Source of the DNA: a virus
Taxonomy: Duplodnaviria; Caudoviricetes
IMG/VR virus record: IMGVR_UViG_3300027782_000285
Coordinates: 1-28,626 of that record
Length of the DNA: 28,626 nucleotides
Strand: one strand, 5' to 3'
Below are positions 7,841-17,129 of this stretch, in pieces. A program made the position numbers and the translations under genes. The notes beneath the pieces were generated by a model. It saw only the letters and a program-made list of their open reading frames with translations. It made no database searches and was not told the origin of the DNA. Positions within the stretch are counted from its first letter, which is position 1. The number at the start of each line of letters is the position of its first letter.

Positions 7841-9388
7841 ATGGCAGGAGATCGGTATGTCTATCGACGTAAACCCGAGGGATTGTTATCTACGACGGAT
7901 ACCGCTGCGTCAGCTCGGTCGCTTACTAGTGAATTTTACGAAGCAATTGTCGTTGATGTCATATTAGATCATCACCATCCTCAATATGCCAAAAAAGATG
8001 GATATAATGTTGGTGCTATTAAAATTCGTATTTTTTCTGTTCATAATGGTAGAAGCGACGATCTCCTTGATTGGGCAGATCCTATAGAATCTTCTATATT
8101 AGAAATGCCACTGATTGGTGAATTGGTAATATTACATAAGATTCTTGGAATTTTTTATTACACACGAAAAGTTTTTCTTGCACATAGAATACAAGAAAAC
8201 GGCATGCTGCAATTAAATAATGCTCTAAATTCTAGAAGTGAAAAACTTAAATCAAAGATTGCCACCACAAAACAAGAATTGACATCGGATAAGTATAAAT
8301 TTGGAGAATACTTTAAACCAGATAGCCGAGTTCGTCCATTAAAACATTTTGAGGGTGATTTATTAATCCAAGGGAGAATGGGCCAATCCATTCGATTTGG
8401 ATCAAGTCAAATGGAACTATCAAGTCTCGGTATGGCGCCAAATATAATACTTCGCGCCGGCCAAGGAAAGGACATCGAAAAGACCGACGCGACGAAAGAT
8501 AGTGTATTTGGGTTGATATTGGAAGATATCAATAAAGACGCGTCTTCTATATGGATGACAGCAGATCAAAATGTGCCGTTTGAACCCATAACAATTAATG
8601 CAGGGTCGTTTAATCGTTCAATGCAAGCACCTCCACAAAAATATGGCGGCGCACAAATTATATTGAACTCTGATTCAATTATACTAGATTCCAAGAAAAC
8701 TCATATATTATTATATTCAAATGAAGAAATTTATTTGAATAGTTTTAAAAATACGGCAATAGACACAGACAGTAGTATTATATTAACCGCAAATTTAGAT
8801 ATAGAACTGAAATCGAGTCGTAGAGTGGATATACAATCGGATTCAGATGCCACTATTATATCTGGAAATGACGTATCAATCGTTGGAATGGGTACTATGT
8901 CATTACTGGCTAAAAAAATATATCTGGGAAGTTCTGCAAATGACGTAGAACCTACCGTAGGGGGTACAAGTTTATCAATGTGGTTGGCTAGGTTAATTCA
9001 GGCACTGATGGGCGTGGGAATAACACCACCGCAGTTGCCGTACCAATTGACAGGTTCGCCGATACCAACTACGGTAGTACCACCACTAGTACCAGGCCCG
9101 GCCTCGTTTGTTCATACATTAGCATTTGGGTATATACCATGTCCATTATCTCCAATAGTACAGATAGGTCTTGCCGCATTATACGCCGAATTGATGCCAC
9201 CAAACGCGGGATCAATTAAAAAATTACCATATTCCGGCGCACCGTTTAATAGTTCTGATGTATTTGTGAACATGGGAAATGAAGATACATCTGCTCTTAT
9301 TGAAAAAAATGAATTTAAGAAAGGTGAGCAAATAAAAACTGAAAACAGTAAGTGGAAACTTACTGATGATTACTATACAGTATTATGA
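7841..9388 (+). CDS. Baseplate hub/spike protein (gp5/VgrG-like, no evident lysozyme domain)
   Basis: N-terminal OB-like G.IKIRI...MPLIGELV; EGDLLIQGRMGQSIRFGS; beta-helix-like repeats (IILNSDSIILDS...); upstream of gp25 and gp6 homologues. Confidence 0.7.
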   Translation: MAGDRYVYRRKPEGLLSTTDTAASARSLTSEFYEAIVVDVILDHHHPQYAKKDGYNVGAIKIRIFSVHNGRSDDLLDWADPIESSILEMPLIGELVILHKILGIFYYTRKVFLAHRIQENGMLQLNNALNSRSEKLKSKIATTKQELTSDKYKFGEYFKPDSRVRPLKHFEGDLLIQGRMGQSIRFGSSQMELSSLGMAPNIILRAGQGKDIEKTDATKDSVFGLILEDINKDASSIWMTADQNVPFEPITINAGSFNRSMQAPPQKYGGAQIILNSDSIILDSKKTHILLYSNEEIYLNSFKNTAIDTDSSIILTANLDIELKSSRRVDIQSDSDATIISGNDVSIVGMGTMSLLAKKIYLGSSANDVEPTVGGTSLSMWLARLIQALMGVGITPPQLPYQLTGSPIPTTVVPPLVPGPASFVHTLAFGYIPCPLSPIVQIGLAALYAELMPPNAGSIKKLPYSGAPFNSSDVFVNMGNEDTSALIEKNEFKKGEQIKTENSKWKLTDDYYTVL

Positions 9389-9957
9389 TTATACCGACTG
9401 ATCCTTTAAAAAAAGCAATGGATATCACCAAAGCCGCCGCTTCCGGCGCGCCGATGCCAGCAAATGTTACATCTGCAACTGGTATTGTGAATAATGCGCA
9501 AGCAAATCTCGACAATTTAGCAAAATATAAAGATCCAGAATTAGTAAAAAAAGAAGCCGAAGCTAGGGCGATGGCATTGGTAGCAGACAAACAACAAGAA
9601 TTATTGGCACAAAAAACTGACATAGAAAACCAAGTAACGGAGAAGTTAACATTATTAACTGACGCAGTGGCTTCGGGGTTAACGGTATATTTAGCATTTC
9701 CACCAAAATTACCGGCAATTGATGTCAAAGCATTAGCAAAAAAAGCATATCAAAAAACAAAAAAAGAAATACGAGAACTACGACAAAAAGTAAGTAAAGA
9801 AAATTTAAAAAAAGGAAAAGAAACATTTAAGTATCCGATGAAACCAAAAGAATTGTCAATCCCTAAGATACCAGAAATACCAAAATTGCCACCAATACCA
9901 CCAATACCACCAATACCAAAAGTATCATTACCCACGATACCAACATTACCGCAGTAA
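9385..9957 (+). CDS. Hypothetical protein with coiled coil and Pro-rich (PxI)n tail
   Basis: ATGA overlap with the upstream gene; C-terminus IPKIPEIPKLPPIPPIPPIPKVSLPTIPTLPQ. Confidence 0.7.
   Translation: MIIPTDPLKKAMDITKAAASGAPMPANVTSATGIVNNAQANLDNLAKYKDPELVKKEAEARAMALVADKQQELLAQKTDIENQVTEKLTLLTDAVASGLTVYLAFPPKLPAIDVKALAKKAYQKTKKEIRELRQKVSKENLKKGKETFKYPMKPKELSIPKIPEIPKLPPIPPIPPIPKVSLPTIPTLPQ
9889..9918 (+). repeat. 9-bp tandem repeat (CCACCAATA)x3 plus CCA
   Basis: Read directly from the sequence; encodes PPI x3. Confidence 0.85.
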
Positions 9958-10027
9958 AAATACTAAAATTATAACTTCAAAATCATCGTAAAGTTTAACT
10001 TACCACCATTTATATAGAGAGTGTTTT

Positions 10028-10357
10028 ATGGACAAGCAATTACTTAAAGCATACATTCGTACAATTGTCGAGGAAGAAGTTTCCAGAATTCTACCACAAA
10101 TGTTGTCTGAAGCAGTGTCAGAAATTAAGCAGTTGAAAGAAAATGTAACACAGCCAACAAGAACTACACCAAAAATTGATCGTAGTAAACTAGCAGAATT
10201 GATGGGTGTGTCATACGATGGTCATACAATACAAGCAACAACTAATAATTTACCTTCTCGACTTCCTGACAATACTCCAGCAGATGCGGACCCAGAAGTA
10301 GTGAAGGCAATTACTAGAGATTATTCGGCAATGATGAAGGCGTTGAAATTAACCTGA
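10028..10357 (+). CDS. Hypothetical phage protein (109 aa)
   Basis: Clean ORF beginning LKAYIRTIVEEEV, in the structural operon directly before the gp25-like gene. Confidence 0.75.
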   Translation: MDKQLLKAYIRTIVEEEVSRILPQMLSEAVSEIKQLKENVTQPTRTTPKIDRSKLAELMGVSYDGHTIQATTNNLPSRLPDNTPADADPEVVKAITRDYSAMMKALKLT

Positions 10358-10365
10358 GATAAAAT

Positions 10366-10746
10366 ATGGCACAAGCAATTGGTATTACATTACCAATACA
10401 AATTGGAAATATGGGATATTTCCAACAAGCGTTTGACACATTAACTCAAGTTAAATCAAATTTTATAAATTTGATACTTACTAGAAAGGGAGAACGCGTC
10501 CACCAACCAGAATTTGGATGTGGTATTCACGATTATTTGTTTGAACAACTCACGCCAGAAAATATTGAAGGGGCACGACTCTCAGTAGTAAATGCAGTAG
10601 AACGTTGGATGCCATTTTTAGAACTGGTACAATTTGAACTCAATGCGTCACCAAACGACTTGGATAATAATAGACTTCAGTTATATGTTGGTTACAGATT
10701 AAGACAGAATCCAAATATCAGAGACACTATTATTCTAACGTTTTAG
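10366..10746 (+). CDS. Baseplate wedge protein, gp25/GPW family
   Basis: NLILTRKGERVHQPEFGCGIHDYLFE...AVERWMP signature. Confidence 0.92.
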   Translation: MAQAIGITLPIQIGNMGYFQQAFDTLTQVKSNFINLILTRKGERVHQPEFGCGIHDYLFEQLTPENIEGARLSVVNAVERWMPFLELVQFELNASPNDLDNNRLQLYVGYRLRQNPNIRDTIILTF

Positions 10747-10756
10747 GAGATAATCA

Positions 10757-12742
10757 ATGGCAGTAAATCAATCCATTACAAAAAAATTTAATCCAAACTT
10801 CAAGGACGTTAATTATTTAGCAAAAAATTTCTCTGAATATCGACAGAATTTAATAGAATTTGCTAAATCATATTATCCTAATACATATAGCGATTTCAAT
10901 GAAGCATCTCCTGGTATGATGTTTGTCGAAATGGCAGCTTACGTTGGGGATGTTATGTCCTTCTACATTGACAATCAGTTTAAGGAAAATTTACTGTTGT
11001 TTGCAAAGGAACGAAATAATGTAGTGAGCATATCGCAGGCGTTGGGGTATAAACCCAAACTTACGGCAACAGCCACGGTTGAAGCAGATATATATCAGAT
11101 GGTTCCCGCACTTGGCGCAGCATTTAATTACGAACCAGATAAAAAATTCTTTTTAAAAATACTGGTAAATTCAAAATTTTCTACCAACACTCCACCTACT
11201 CAAAATTTTCGATCAATTGACAATGTAGATTTTTCTGATCCCGCTGATAGAAATATTCGTGTATTAGCCCGAGATGGTTCAAATGCACCAACCATGTACG
11301 TAATTTCTAAGAAGATAAAATTGGTATCGGCAGACGTAAAAACTGCAACATTTTCATTTGGGTCGGCGCAAAAATTTTCTAAGATAGAGATTGTGGATTC
11401 TAATATAATTTCTATTATCAAGGTAGAAGATTCTGATGGCAATCCTTGGTATGAAGTAGATTATTTGGGGCAAGACTTAATTGTAGAAGAACGTAATATA
11501 GCAGTCAGAGGATCTGATGGATTTTTCTCTAGCGGAACTATGCAGTCCGGGTCACTACCTCCCGCAAAACTTGCAACGTTCCGTAAAAAACCACGAAGAT
11601 TTGCGACACGAATTAACTCAAATATGAAATTGGAACTGTTGTTTGGATCTGGAACGGGCGACACTAGTGATGAATTGGTAACATTAAATTCGACACAAAT
11701 TGCAAATTCAAAATATAATCAAGTAATTAGTAATTCATCACTAGATCCTGCAGATTTTATATCAACCGATACCTTTGGTGTTGCTCCTGCAAACACCACA
11801 TTGACAGTAACCTATTTAGTAGGTGGTGGAATACAATCAAATGTTGCATCTAATACCATTATACAAGTAGACGCCGTACAGATTGCAAATAATATTTCTG
11901 ATTATGCTGCCGCAGAACAAGGATTGTACAATCAAGTAGTATCAAGCGTGGCAATTATTAATGAAGAACCAGCACGTGGAGGCGGTGATACCGAGTCTGT
12001 TGAAGAAATACGACAAAATGCATTAGCATTTTTTAACGCACAAAATCGTGTGGTGACTGATAAAGATTATTTAGTACGAAGTTATGCAATGCCGGCGCAA
12101 TTTGGTTCGGTGTCGAAGGTATTTGTGGTTCGCGATGAACAAATTAATGCAATTGCCCGACAAGATTCGGGATCATTACAACTAAACAATGATCAAAATC
12201 CGTACAATGATAGGTCATATGTAGTAGATCCCGTTGCTCCAAATGCAATTAATTTATATGTTCTTGGGTATGATGAAAAGAAAAATTTAGCAACATTAAA
12301 TACCTTAGTTAAAAAAAATCTTGCAAAATACTTAGAACAATACAGAGTATTAACTGACGATGTTAATATTTTAGATGCCTTTGTCGTAAATATTGGAGTA
12401 CAATTTCACATTGTTGTGTATCGCAACTATAATATGAATGATGTAGTTGCACGGTGTATTGATGCAATTAAAAGTTTCTTTGATATTACAAACTGGCAAA
12501 TTAATCAGCCAATTATTATGAATGATCTTCGATTGACTATTGGTTCGGTAGAAGGAGTACAAACTGTGTCTGATGTAATTATTACGAATAAATATAGATT
12601 CCAAGATGGCCGTGATTATTTTGAATATAGATATCCCATTGAAGAAGCAACGGTGGACGATGTTGTATATCCATCTTTAGATCCATGCATATTCGAAATA
12701 CGGTACCCAGAAACCGATATTGTTGGATTTGCTCGTCAATAA
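10757..12742 (+). CDS. Baseplate wedge subunit (T4 gp6/baseplate J-like)
   Basis: DFNEASPGMMFVEMAAYVGD.MSFY.D, LGYKP, Y..GGG..SNV, GGGDTESVEEIR, QNRVVT.KDY motifs. Confidence 0.92.
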   Translation: MAVNQSITKKFNPNFKDVNYLAKNFSEYRQNLIEFAKSYYPNTYSDFNEASPGMMFVEMAAYVGDVMSFYIDNQFKENLLLFAKERNNVVSISQALGYKPKLTATATVEADIYQMVPALGAAFNYEPDKKFFLKILVNSKFSTNTPPTQNFRSIDNVDFSDPADRNIRVLARDGSNAPTMYVISKKIKLVSADVKTATFSFGSAQKFSKIEIVDSNIISIIKVEDSDGNPWYEVDYLGQDLIVEERNIAVRGSDGFFSSGTMQSGSLPPAKLATFRKKPRRFATRINSNMKLELLFGSGTGDTSDELVTLNSTQIANSKYNQVISNSSLDPADFISTDTFGVAPANTTLTVTYLVGGGIQSNVASNTIIQVDAVQIANNISDYAAAEQGLYNQVVSSVAIINEEPARGGGDTESVEEIRQNALAFFNAQNRVVTDKDYLVRSYAMPAQFGSVSKVFVVRDEQINAIARQDSGSLQLNNDQNPYNDRSYVVDPVAPNAINLYVLGYDEKKNLATLNTLVKKNLAKYLEQYRVLTDDVNILDAFVVNIGVQFHIVVYRNYNMNDVVARCIDAIKSFFDITNWQINQPIIMNDLRLTIGSVEGVQTVSDVIITNKYRFQDGRDYFEYRYPIEEATVDDVVYPSLDPCIFEIRYPETDIVGFARQ

Positions 12743-12754
12743 TTGAGATAATAT

Positions 12755-13795
12755 ATGAGAACTTTTCTACCAACATCACAAGACGCAACTATTTACGAAC
12801 GATATCCAACATTAAATACTGGACTCGACGAGATTATTGAAGTCGGAAAAATAATAAAATCATTAGATGGTGCTAATCAATATGCCTCGGGTTCGACGAG
12901 AATGTTGATACAGTTTGATATCCCTTCATTACAACAATATCCAACGTCCTCAAAATATTATTTAAATTTACGAATTGCTAATGCAACGAATGTAAATCGG
13001 TATCAAAAATTAGAAGTATATCCAGTATCACAAAGTTGGGTGGAAGGAAGTGGATATTTTTATCAAGATGTACAGAACGCAGAAGATGGTGTAACGTGGA
13101 TTGATAGAAGTACTACAGCCGCGTGGGTAACTTCGGGCAGTAATTATACGACAACAATCTCTGCATCATATACCTTTTCAAAAGTTCCGATTGAAGATGT
13201 AAAAATTGATGTTACTAATTTAATTGTACCTGTTGTATCTGGTTCAAATATAACTCCGTGGAATGGATTACTACTGAAGTTCCCAACCACGGACGAATTA
13301 GATTCTACTAATACTGGTAACATTAAGTTCTTTTCGGGAAATACACATACTGTATTTGCTCCAAAACTGGAAATTGTACAAATAGACCAGACATTTGTTA
13401 CGGGCAGTTTAAAACGTATCCCGAATGGTAATGTCACAATTGTATCAAAAAATATAAAAGAAACATATACACTTGGAGAAGTTGATAAAGTATATCTGGT
13501 GGTGCGAGAACCGTATCCAGATAAAAAATTTGATGCAACGGGTCGATATAGAAATGTGTACTACCTACCCTCAGAATCATATTATAGGGTGCGGGATCAA
13601 GTAGCAGATATGGTATTATATGATTTTGATCAGTATTCTGCAATACACTGCGATAGTTCGGGCTCATATATATTATTGGATACGTCTGGTTTGGAAGTTA
13701 ACCGATATTATACGTTGGATTTAAAGGTAAAGTCTAGTGGATTGGTATTCTTTCCAGAATTTAATTACACATTTAAAGTAGACAGCGATGCTTAA
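12755..13795 (+). CDS. Virion structural protein (DNRLRE-like beta-sandwich)
   Basis: QDATIYE..P.LNTG, R.LIQFD, W.EG.G, VTW, NGLLLK and PKLEI pattern; located in the baseplate operon. Confidence 0.6.
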   Translation: MRTFLPTSQDATIYERYPTLNTGLDEIIEVGKIIKSLDGANQYASGSTRMLIQFDIPSLQQYPTSSKYYLNLRIANATNVNRYQKLEVYPVSQSWVEGSGYFYQDVQNAEDGVTWIDRSTTAAWVTSGSNYTTTISASYTFSKVPIEDVKIDVTNLIVPVVSGSNITPWNGLLLKFPTTDELDSTNTGNIKFFSGNTHTVFAPKLEIVQIDQTFVTGSLKRIPNGNVTIVSKNIKETYTLGEVDKVYLVVREPYPDKKFDATGRYRNVYYLPSESYYRVRDQVADMVLYDFDQYSAIHCDSSGSYILLDTSGLEVNRYYTLDLKVKSSGLVFFPEFNYTFKVDSDA

Positions 13796-14174
13796 TATAT
13801 TTAATTCATATATTCCAAAATTTTTGGTAGATCTTAAAAAGGATAACGAAGATATTATAATAGTATCCTCTTCGTATTTTTCCCCAGAGGGCGACGTATA
13901 TGAATTAGATACCCGTACACTATCTCCCAATTTATTGCAAACCACACAGTCATTACAAGAACTACAGCCGGAAATTTCAACGGTATATCCGTTTAAAATT
14001 GTAACGCCGTTAGATTTTGATGGATCAACAATGATACAAAGTCCAAGTATGACTACTCAACCCACTGCGTCACAAGGGTATTACGCTCCCATTTATTTTG
14101 AACGATATAATCCCGACGTTGTAAGAAATATCGACACGCAGTTCACCGAATTAACTACTGGGTCAAGTATCTAA
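13788..14174 (+). CDS. Hypothetical protein, probably structural
   Basis: Overlapping, coupled ORF within the operon. Confidence 0.65.
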   Translation: MLNIFNSYIPKFLVDLKKDNEDIIIVSSSYFSPEGDVYELDTRTLSPNLLQTTQSLQELQPEISTVYPFKIVTPLDFDGSTMIQSPSMTTQPTASQGYYAPIYFERYNPDVVRNIDTQFTELTTGSSI

Positions 14175-14175
14175 T

Positions 14176-15039
14176 ATGCCAAATCAAGCAAATTTTAGAA
14201 GTAATATTACTACGCAAACTGAACCACGATTTGCTGCATCAAGAATTGTAAGTAATCCAAGTGAACTAATTTTGTTCGAAGAAGTTCCCGCAAGTTTTGC
14301 ATTTGATGCACAAGATAATGTGGAAGTACACTTTTATACAATTATTGGAAATCAATTATTGTTAAGTACGACCATTACATTAAATGACAACATAATTAAA
14401 TCACACATTGTTGCATACGACGATAACTCATACAAAAATTACATTAGAATAGATTTTACAAAATTATTCGTAGATAAAAATTTAGTATTAGTTCCGGGAG
14501 ATTACAAGCTTGTACTAAACTTCTTCTCAGATGAAATTGGTAGTTACACAGATAGACGGTTAACAATAGATACTATATCACCATCACGTACTGAAGTTCA
14601 ATTAACATTTAATAATGTAGTTGACGATATAGCGCGCCGTGAAGATGAATACCTACTTAGAGAGTTTATTGAACCAGCATTTAATAAAATAGATGCAGTT
14701 GGAGTTGCACAAAAAATCTTTGAATCAGGGGTGGAATTAAATGATCCGACAGAAGGAGTAACAGCAGACACTATCGTACAAAATATAGAAATTCCAGTAA
14801 TAAACCAAACATATGCAAATACTATAGCGCGGATTGATAAATTAAACTTACGTGAATCTTTTGATATACAACTAAATGACTTTCTTCTACAACTGTACAC
14901 TTTTATCAGTGAAGAAATAGTTATTAATGGAGATGATCGAATCCAACAAGATCAATATGAACAAATTATTCGTTCTGTTGTAAGGGACAATATAGGAAAT
15001 CTACAACAGATTATGGACATGCGCATCAACGTAAGTTAA
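14176..15039 (+). CDS. Hypothetical virion protein
   Basis: 287-aa ORF containing GDYKLVLNFF and ISPSRTEV, within the structural operon. Confidence 0.7.
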   Translation: MPNQANFRSNITTQTEPRFAASRIVSNPSELILFEEVPASFAFDAQDNVEVHFYTIIGNQLLLSTTITLNDNIIKSHIVAYDDNSYKNYIRIDFTKLFVDKNLVLVPGDYKLVLNFFSDEIGSYTDRRLTIDTISPSRTEVQLTFNNVVDDIARREDEYLLREFIEPAFNKIDAVGVAQKIFESGVELNDPTEGVTADTIVQNIEIPVINQTYANTIARIDKLNLRESFDIQLNDFLLQLYTFISEEIVINGDDRIQQDQYEQIIRSVVRDNIGNLQQIMDMRINVS

Positions 15040-15051
15040 GGTATATATTAT

Positions 15052-16698
15052 ATGACAAATCCGTTCGATTCTCAATTTTTTTTAAATACCGAACAAGTAG
15101 GTGACACGGGCATCACAGGAAATGCCGGCGGTGGGATTGTTGGTGTTCCCACGCCAACACCCACCGCCAAACCAGATTTTACTGGTACCTGTCAAGCCAA
15201 TGGAGATTGTGCAGAAGGATACTTCTGCGACACCCGAAATCCAACGTTCCCGACAGGAGATTTAACGGACCCATATGGTGTATGTGCAAAAGCTTCAATT
15301 AACTATTGTAATGCAACAGATCAATCCAGCCCATGTTCTACTATATTGGGATCAGATTGGAGTGGTGAAGCAACACGCACCGTAAATGTCTTGGTGAATG
15401 GAGCGGTAACACCGGAAGGATGTATTAATTTTCCCGGAATACCAAGTAATTGGAATACAAGTGAATGTATACAAATACTAGTTACGCCGACTCCCACGCC
15501 AACAGTCTTCTGTAATTATACAGATCAAACAACACAGTGCTCACGATTACCAGGATTTCAAGGATACTCTGGCGAAGCAATTAGAACAGTAGTTGTTACT
15601 AATACAGTTGGCCAACCATTGCCACTGGGATGTATTAACAATCCTATATTTGCTGGTAGTGATGCTTGGAATACTTCGGAGTGTATAGGTCCACCAACAC
15701 CAACACCAACATCGACATCTACGCCACCATCTACATATACTACAACATTAATCGCAAGTCCGTCAGAAGGTGGAACTGTTAGCGGAACAAGTTTATTAAC
15801 ACCAACGCCAAGTACTGTTATCGTATCAAGAATTGGTGAACGGGTAGATTTTGACGCAACTGCAAATATTGGATATACATTTACTGGGTGGGAATTACAA
15901 GGAAATTCTTGGTCTACCAACTATTCCCCTGCTATTTTATCCGATAAAAATGAAACGTATGTAGCAACATTTGCAAGAAATCCCACACAAGATGTGTGCA
16001 GATGTTATTTTGTTGCCCCGACAGTTGCGGGACAATCATTTGAAGTAACATTCCGTGAATGTGCGGCGGGATCAATTCGACAAACACAAACAATCAGTAA
16101 TTTTACAAATATTTGTTCTGCTGATATTCCTGCTGCTGGCAGAAATGCACAAGTACCGCAAAATCTTGGTTCTCAATGTTCAAATACACAGACTTGTGGC
16201 GCTCCACCACCAACACCAACACCAACTTCTGTTATCGGCATTCTCCCAACACCAACTCCCATTATCGACATCCCTGAGGTATCAGTAGTAACTCCGTCGC
16301 CGACTTGGAGAGATTGTGTTTCAGAAGAATTATTTACTGGAACTCCAACAAACCGTCGTGAAGTTACTTACACCGGACCAGGTGGGGGAACTTGTTGGGA
16401 ACCACTAACTACGGTAACATTTAATCCTAGTTTAAACGAGGAATTATTATTTCAATATCAACAGGAATCTACAGAATACCCGATGGCACAAGTAATAAAC
16501 GCAACAAACGCATCAACTACAATATCCTACGAATTACAAATAATAACAAATACCGATATTACGGTTACACCAAATTTATTTATAATACCGGCCAGAGGCA
16601 GCGTACCGTTCATGGTACAAATAACACCAGATTTATTAAATAAATTAGCAACAGGTACATCTAAATTACAAATATCAGTTAACATTAGAGAATTATAA
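15052..16698 (+). CDS. Cys-rich modular protein with PT linkers and an InlB B-repeat-like domain
   Basis: Several PTPTPT linkers; a duplicated 4-Cys module ending WNTSECI; ASPSEGGTV...ATANIGYTFTGW...YVATF domain. Confidence 0.75.
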   Translation: MTNPFDSQFFLNTEQVGDTGITGNAGGGIVGVPTPTPTAKPDFTGTCQANGDCAEGYFCDTRNPTFPTGDLTDPYGVCAKASINYCNATDQSSPCSTILGSDWSGEATRTVNVLVNGAVTPEGCINFPGIPSNWNTSECIQILVTPTPTPTVFCNYTDQTTQCSRLPGFQGYSGEAIRTVVVTNTVGQPLPLGCINNPIFAGSDAWNTSECIGPPTPTPTSTSTPPSTYTTTLIASPSEGGTVSGTSLLTPTPSTVIVSRIGERVDFDATANIGYTFTGWELQGNSWSTNYSPAILSDKNETYVATFARNPTQDVCRCYFVAPTVAGQSFEVTFRECAAGSIRQTQTISNFTNICSADIPAAGRNAQVPQNLGSQCSNTQTCGAPPPTPTPTSVIGILPTPTPIIDIPEVSVVTPSPTWRDCVSEELFTGTPTNRREVTYTGPGGGTCWEPLTTVTFNPSLNEELLFQYQQESTEYPMAQVINATNASTTISYELQIITNTDITVTPNLFIIPARGSVPFMVQITPDLLNKLATGTSKLQISVNIREL

Positions 16699-17111
16699 TG
16701 AGTGTCATTCCATTTTTACTTAGTTATGAACCGTATCAACCTCCAACAGGAACCCGTGTAATTAATTCCATAAATGATATGGTGGTAATTAGTTTTAACC
16801 CACCATCAGAAATTAATTACGCCATAGGAACGGATCAAGAATATAATGATACAATTATTGTTCGTAATACTACATCAAATGTATCTTTGGAAGTTACAAT
16901 AGAATTTAACGATAAAATTCTTAGTATAAACACAAATAATACAACGAGTCCATATGTATTTACATTGGCGTCAGGCACACAAACTTCATTACCTGTACAA
17001 TTAAAATCTGCATTTTTTGATGCACGATCAAGTGTTGCAGCAGTGACGACACCGATAAATTTTACAGTAAAAAATTTATCAAACGGGTCAGTGGCCCTTA
17101 AAACGATATAA
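16698..17111 (+). CDS. Small beta-sandwich (Ig-like) protein
   Basis: Beta-rich pattern (IIVRNTTSNVSLEVTIE; FTLASGTQTSLPVQL) similar to the C-terminal domain of the upstream gene; TAATG coupling. Confidence 0.6.
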   Translation: MSVIPFLLSYEPYQPPTGTRVINSINDMVVISFNPPSEINYAIGTDQEYNDTIIVRNTTSNVSLEVTIEFNDKILSINTNNTTSPYVFTLASGTQTSLPVQLKSAFFDARSSVAAVTTPINFTVKNLSNGSVALKTI

Positions 17112-17129
17112 TACAATGGGTAAATATTA

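Noticed and set aside
15301-15686. Diversity-generating retroelement TR/VR pair
   Set aside because: The repeats are in-frame protein modules differing at all base types with indels, and there is no reverse transcriptase in the window.
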